Below, one piece after another: positions 62,002-64,000 of a stretch of 64,000 nucleotides of DNA (the stretch's first letter is position 1; the number at the start of each line of letters is the position of its first letter). A program made the position numbers and the translations under genes. This DNA comes from Lobosporangium transversale (taxonomy: Eukaryota), in NCBI RefSeq assembly GCF_002105155.1, contig NW_019029015.1:124001-188000 (forward strand), written 5' to 3'. The notes under the pieces were generated by a model. The model made no database searches and was not told the origin of the DNA. It saw nothing but the letters and a program-made list of their open reading frames with translations.

Positions 62002-64000
62002 ACAAGGCTTTTTATTTTTTAATTCTTTCATTATCGATTCCGATCCACGGACTTGTATGGGAGAAAAGGAACAATGTCAAAGGAAAACCAATTGACCGGA
62101 CTGACTGATGTCTGATGTCTGGTATTCGATTTTATAGTCCTTACCGTTCACAGGTCAGGTTTTATGGTAAGCTTTGCTTTTTTCTTATGCTGTTTGTAAT
62201 ATGAAAAAAGTGTGAGTGCATGATGACGAAGATACAGCGAATATTATTGATTTACACTATAATCATCAATCGATACTTTTTTCCACTAGCCGATTATGTT
62301 GTCAAGGTCCCCCATATGGCCGATTCCATCTCTGAGGGTTCTTTGAAGCAATGGAACAAGAGTACGTGAGCTTTATTTTTAATTTTCATTTTTCGGCTTT
62401 CCCTGAAATGGACACGTAATTGCAGTTGCCGCGATCAAGTCCGAAATGAACTTTGTAAAAGTAACAAGACAACTGATCTCGACTTTATTTTTTTAAATCA
62501 ATTCGCACAATCATTAGAGGTCGGCGACTTTGTTGCTTTGGATGAGGAAGTTGCAAGCATTGAAACTGACAAGGTAAAAAAAAAATAAATAAACAAAAAG
62601 ATTCAAATGGAGCAACAGATCTCAACATTGGGAAGGGGGAATAATGCACAAAACGGCAATTCATGATGGGTTAGAGCCCATCTTACTCCGCAAGAATGGA
62701 GCGCGATACAAAAAAAAAAGCAAATTCATGTTACAGGATAAAGACGTTAATTGCAACAAGAAGCCTTGTCTCCTTGGGAAAAGGCTATGCAAGGCAGAAG
62801 ACAGGATTCAATTCTGGAAGAATGTTCATGTACACAGTGTCATAAAAAAAGGAAAAAAAAGACTTGGCTGTGTTTCAGATCACAATTGTAATGTTGAGCC
62901 ATGTCAAAAGATTTTTTTTTGGCATATTCAATCTTGTCAAGCCTCGTCTGTGTTTTCTCCTGAGCCTACTGTCTTTTTTTTTTTTTTTTTTTTTTTGAAC
63001 AAACGCGTATTGGACACATTTTTAACTTTTTATTTTATTTTATTTTACAATATTGCTTTTGTCTATTGCTCTAGGTTGATGTTGCTGTCAACTCTCCCAA
63101 ATCTGGCACTATTGTCGAGTTGTATGCCAAGGAGGAGGACACCGTGGCTGTCGGCGCTGATCTTTTCAAGCTTGAGCTTGGAGATTCCCCATCTGGAGGT
63201 ACTTACCTGGTCTTTTTTGTTTTAAAAACTTTAATCTTTTAACATATTATAATGACTCTTTACAACACAAAAGTTCATTAACATCGTGATCGTGTTTTGA
63301 TCTTTATAGGTGCTGGTCCCGCCAAGGAGGAAAAGAAGGCAGAAAAGAAGGCAGAGCCAAAGGATGAGCCAAAGAAGGAAGAGCCAAAGAAGGAAGAACC
63401 CAAGAAGGAGGAAAAGAAGCCTGAGCCAAAGAAGGAGGCCCCAGCTGCTCCAAAGCCCGCCCCTGCCGCCTCAAAATCCAGCCCTGAGCCTTCGTCTGCA
63501 CCCGTCGCTTTCAGCCGCGAGGAACGCACTGTAAAGATGAACCGCATGCGTCAGACCATCGCCAAGCGCCTGAAGCAATCTCAAGAGAACGCTGCCTCTC
63601 TCACTACTTTCAACGAGGTCGATATGTCCAACTTGATGAAGCTCCGTGCCAACTATAAGGATGCTGTTTTGAAGAAGCACAACGTCAAGCTCGGATTCAT
63701 GTCAGCCTTCGTCAAGGCCTCATGCTATGCCTTGAAGGAATTGCCCGCCGTGAACGCCAGGATTGAGGGCGACAACATTGTCTATAATGACTATGTTGAT
63801 GTCTCCGTAGCCGTTGCTACCCCCAAGGGTCTTGTAACTCCCGTTATTCGCAACGCAGAGAGCCTTTCATTCGTCGAGGTGGAGAAGAGTATTGCTCAGT
63901 ATGGTGCCAAGGCACGTGATGGACAGCTTGCCATTGAAGATCTCAGCGGCGGCACCTTCACCATTTCGAACGGAGGTGTCTTTGGCTCCATGATGGGTAC
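61788..64000 (+). CDS. KGD2: Dihydrolipoamide succinyltransferase (E2 of 2-oxoglutarate dehydrogenase), 5' part, multi-exon, truncated by the window end
   Basis: Presequence; [11 protein letters not shown]; lipoyl motif [61 protein letters not shown]. Confidence 0.97.

Overview
Eukaryotic, intron-rich fungal DNA with many poly(A)/poly(T) tracts. Gene content and style suggest Mortierellaceae; this is inference, not a database match. All exon joins and translations were done by hand from the sequence. Housekeeping genes: Vnx1-type cation/H+ antiporter, G6PD, PRP6, MnSOD, AHA1, TRM13, NCE101, TDG/MUG glycosylase and KGD2 (truncated by the window end). Accessory content: a full-length pogo/Tigger-type DNA transposon with ~115-bp TIRs and a broken DD32D transposase, a ~2011-aa NACHT-pentapeptide-WD40 NLR-like gene, a chromodomain Ty3/Gypsy relic, a frameshifted Crinkler effector (Ubl-NTPase-REase-HhH), and a decayed Fanzor1/TnpB-like RuvC gene. 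The most notable observations are: (1) the Fanzor-like relic with a hairpin at its stop codon; (2) the last AHA1 intron, which encodes an in-frame tail anchor and predicts soluble versus membrane-anchored Aha1 isoforms; (3) a disordered protein with a PKI-type RRNAI pseudosubstrate motif; (4) a CCDC28-like gene in a presumably non-ciliated fungus; (5) a membrane-anchored protein with a degenerate ParB/Srx-like domain.
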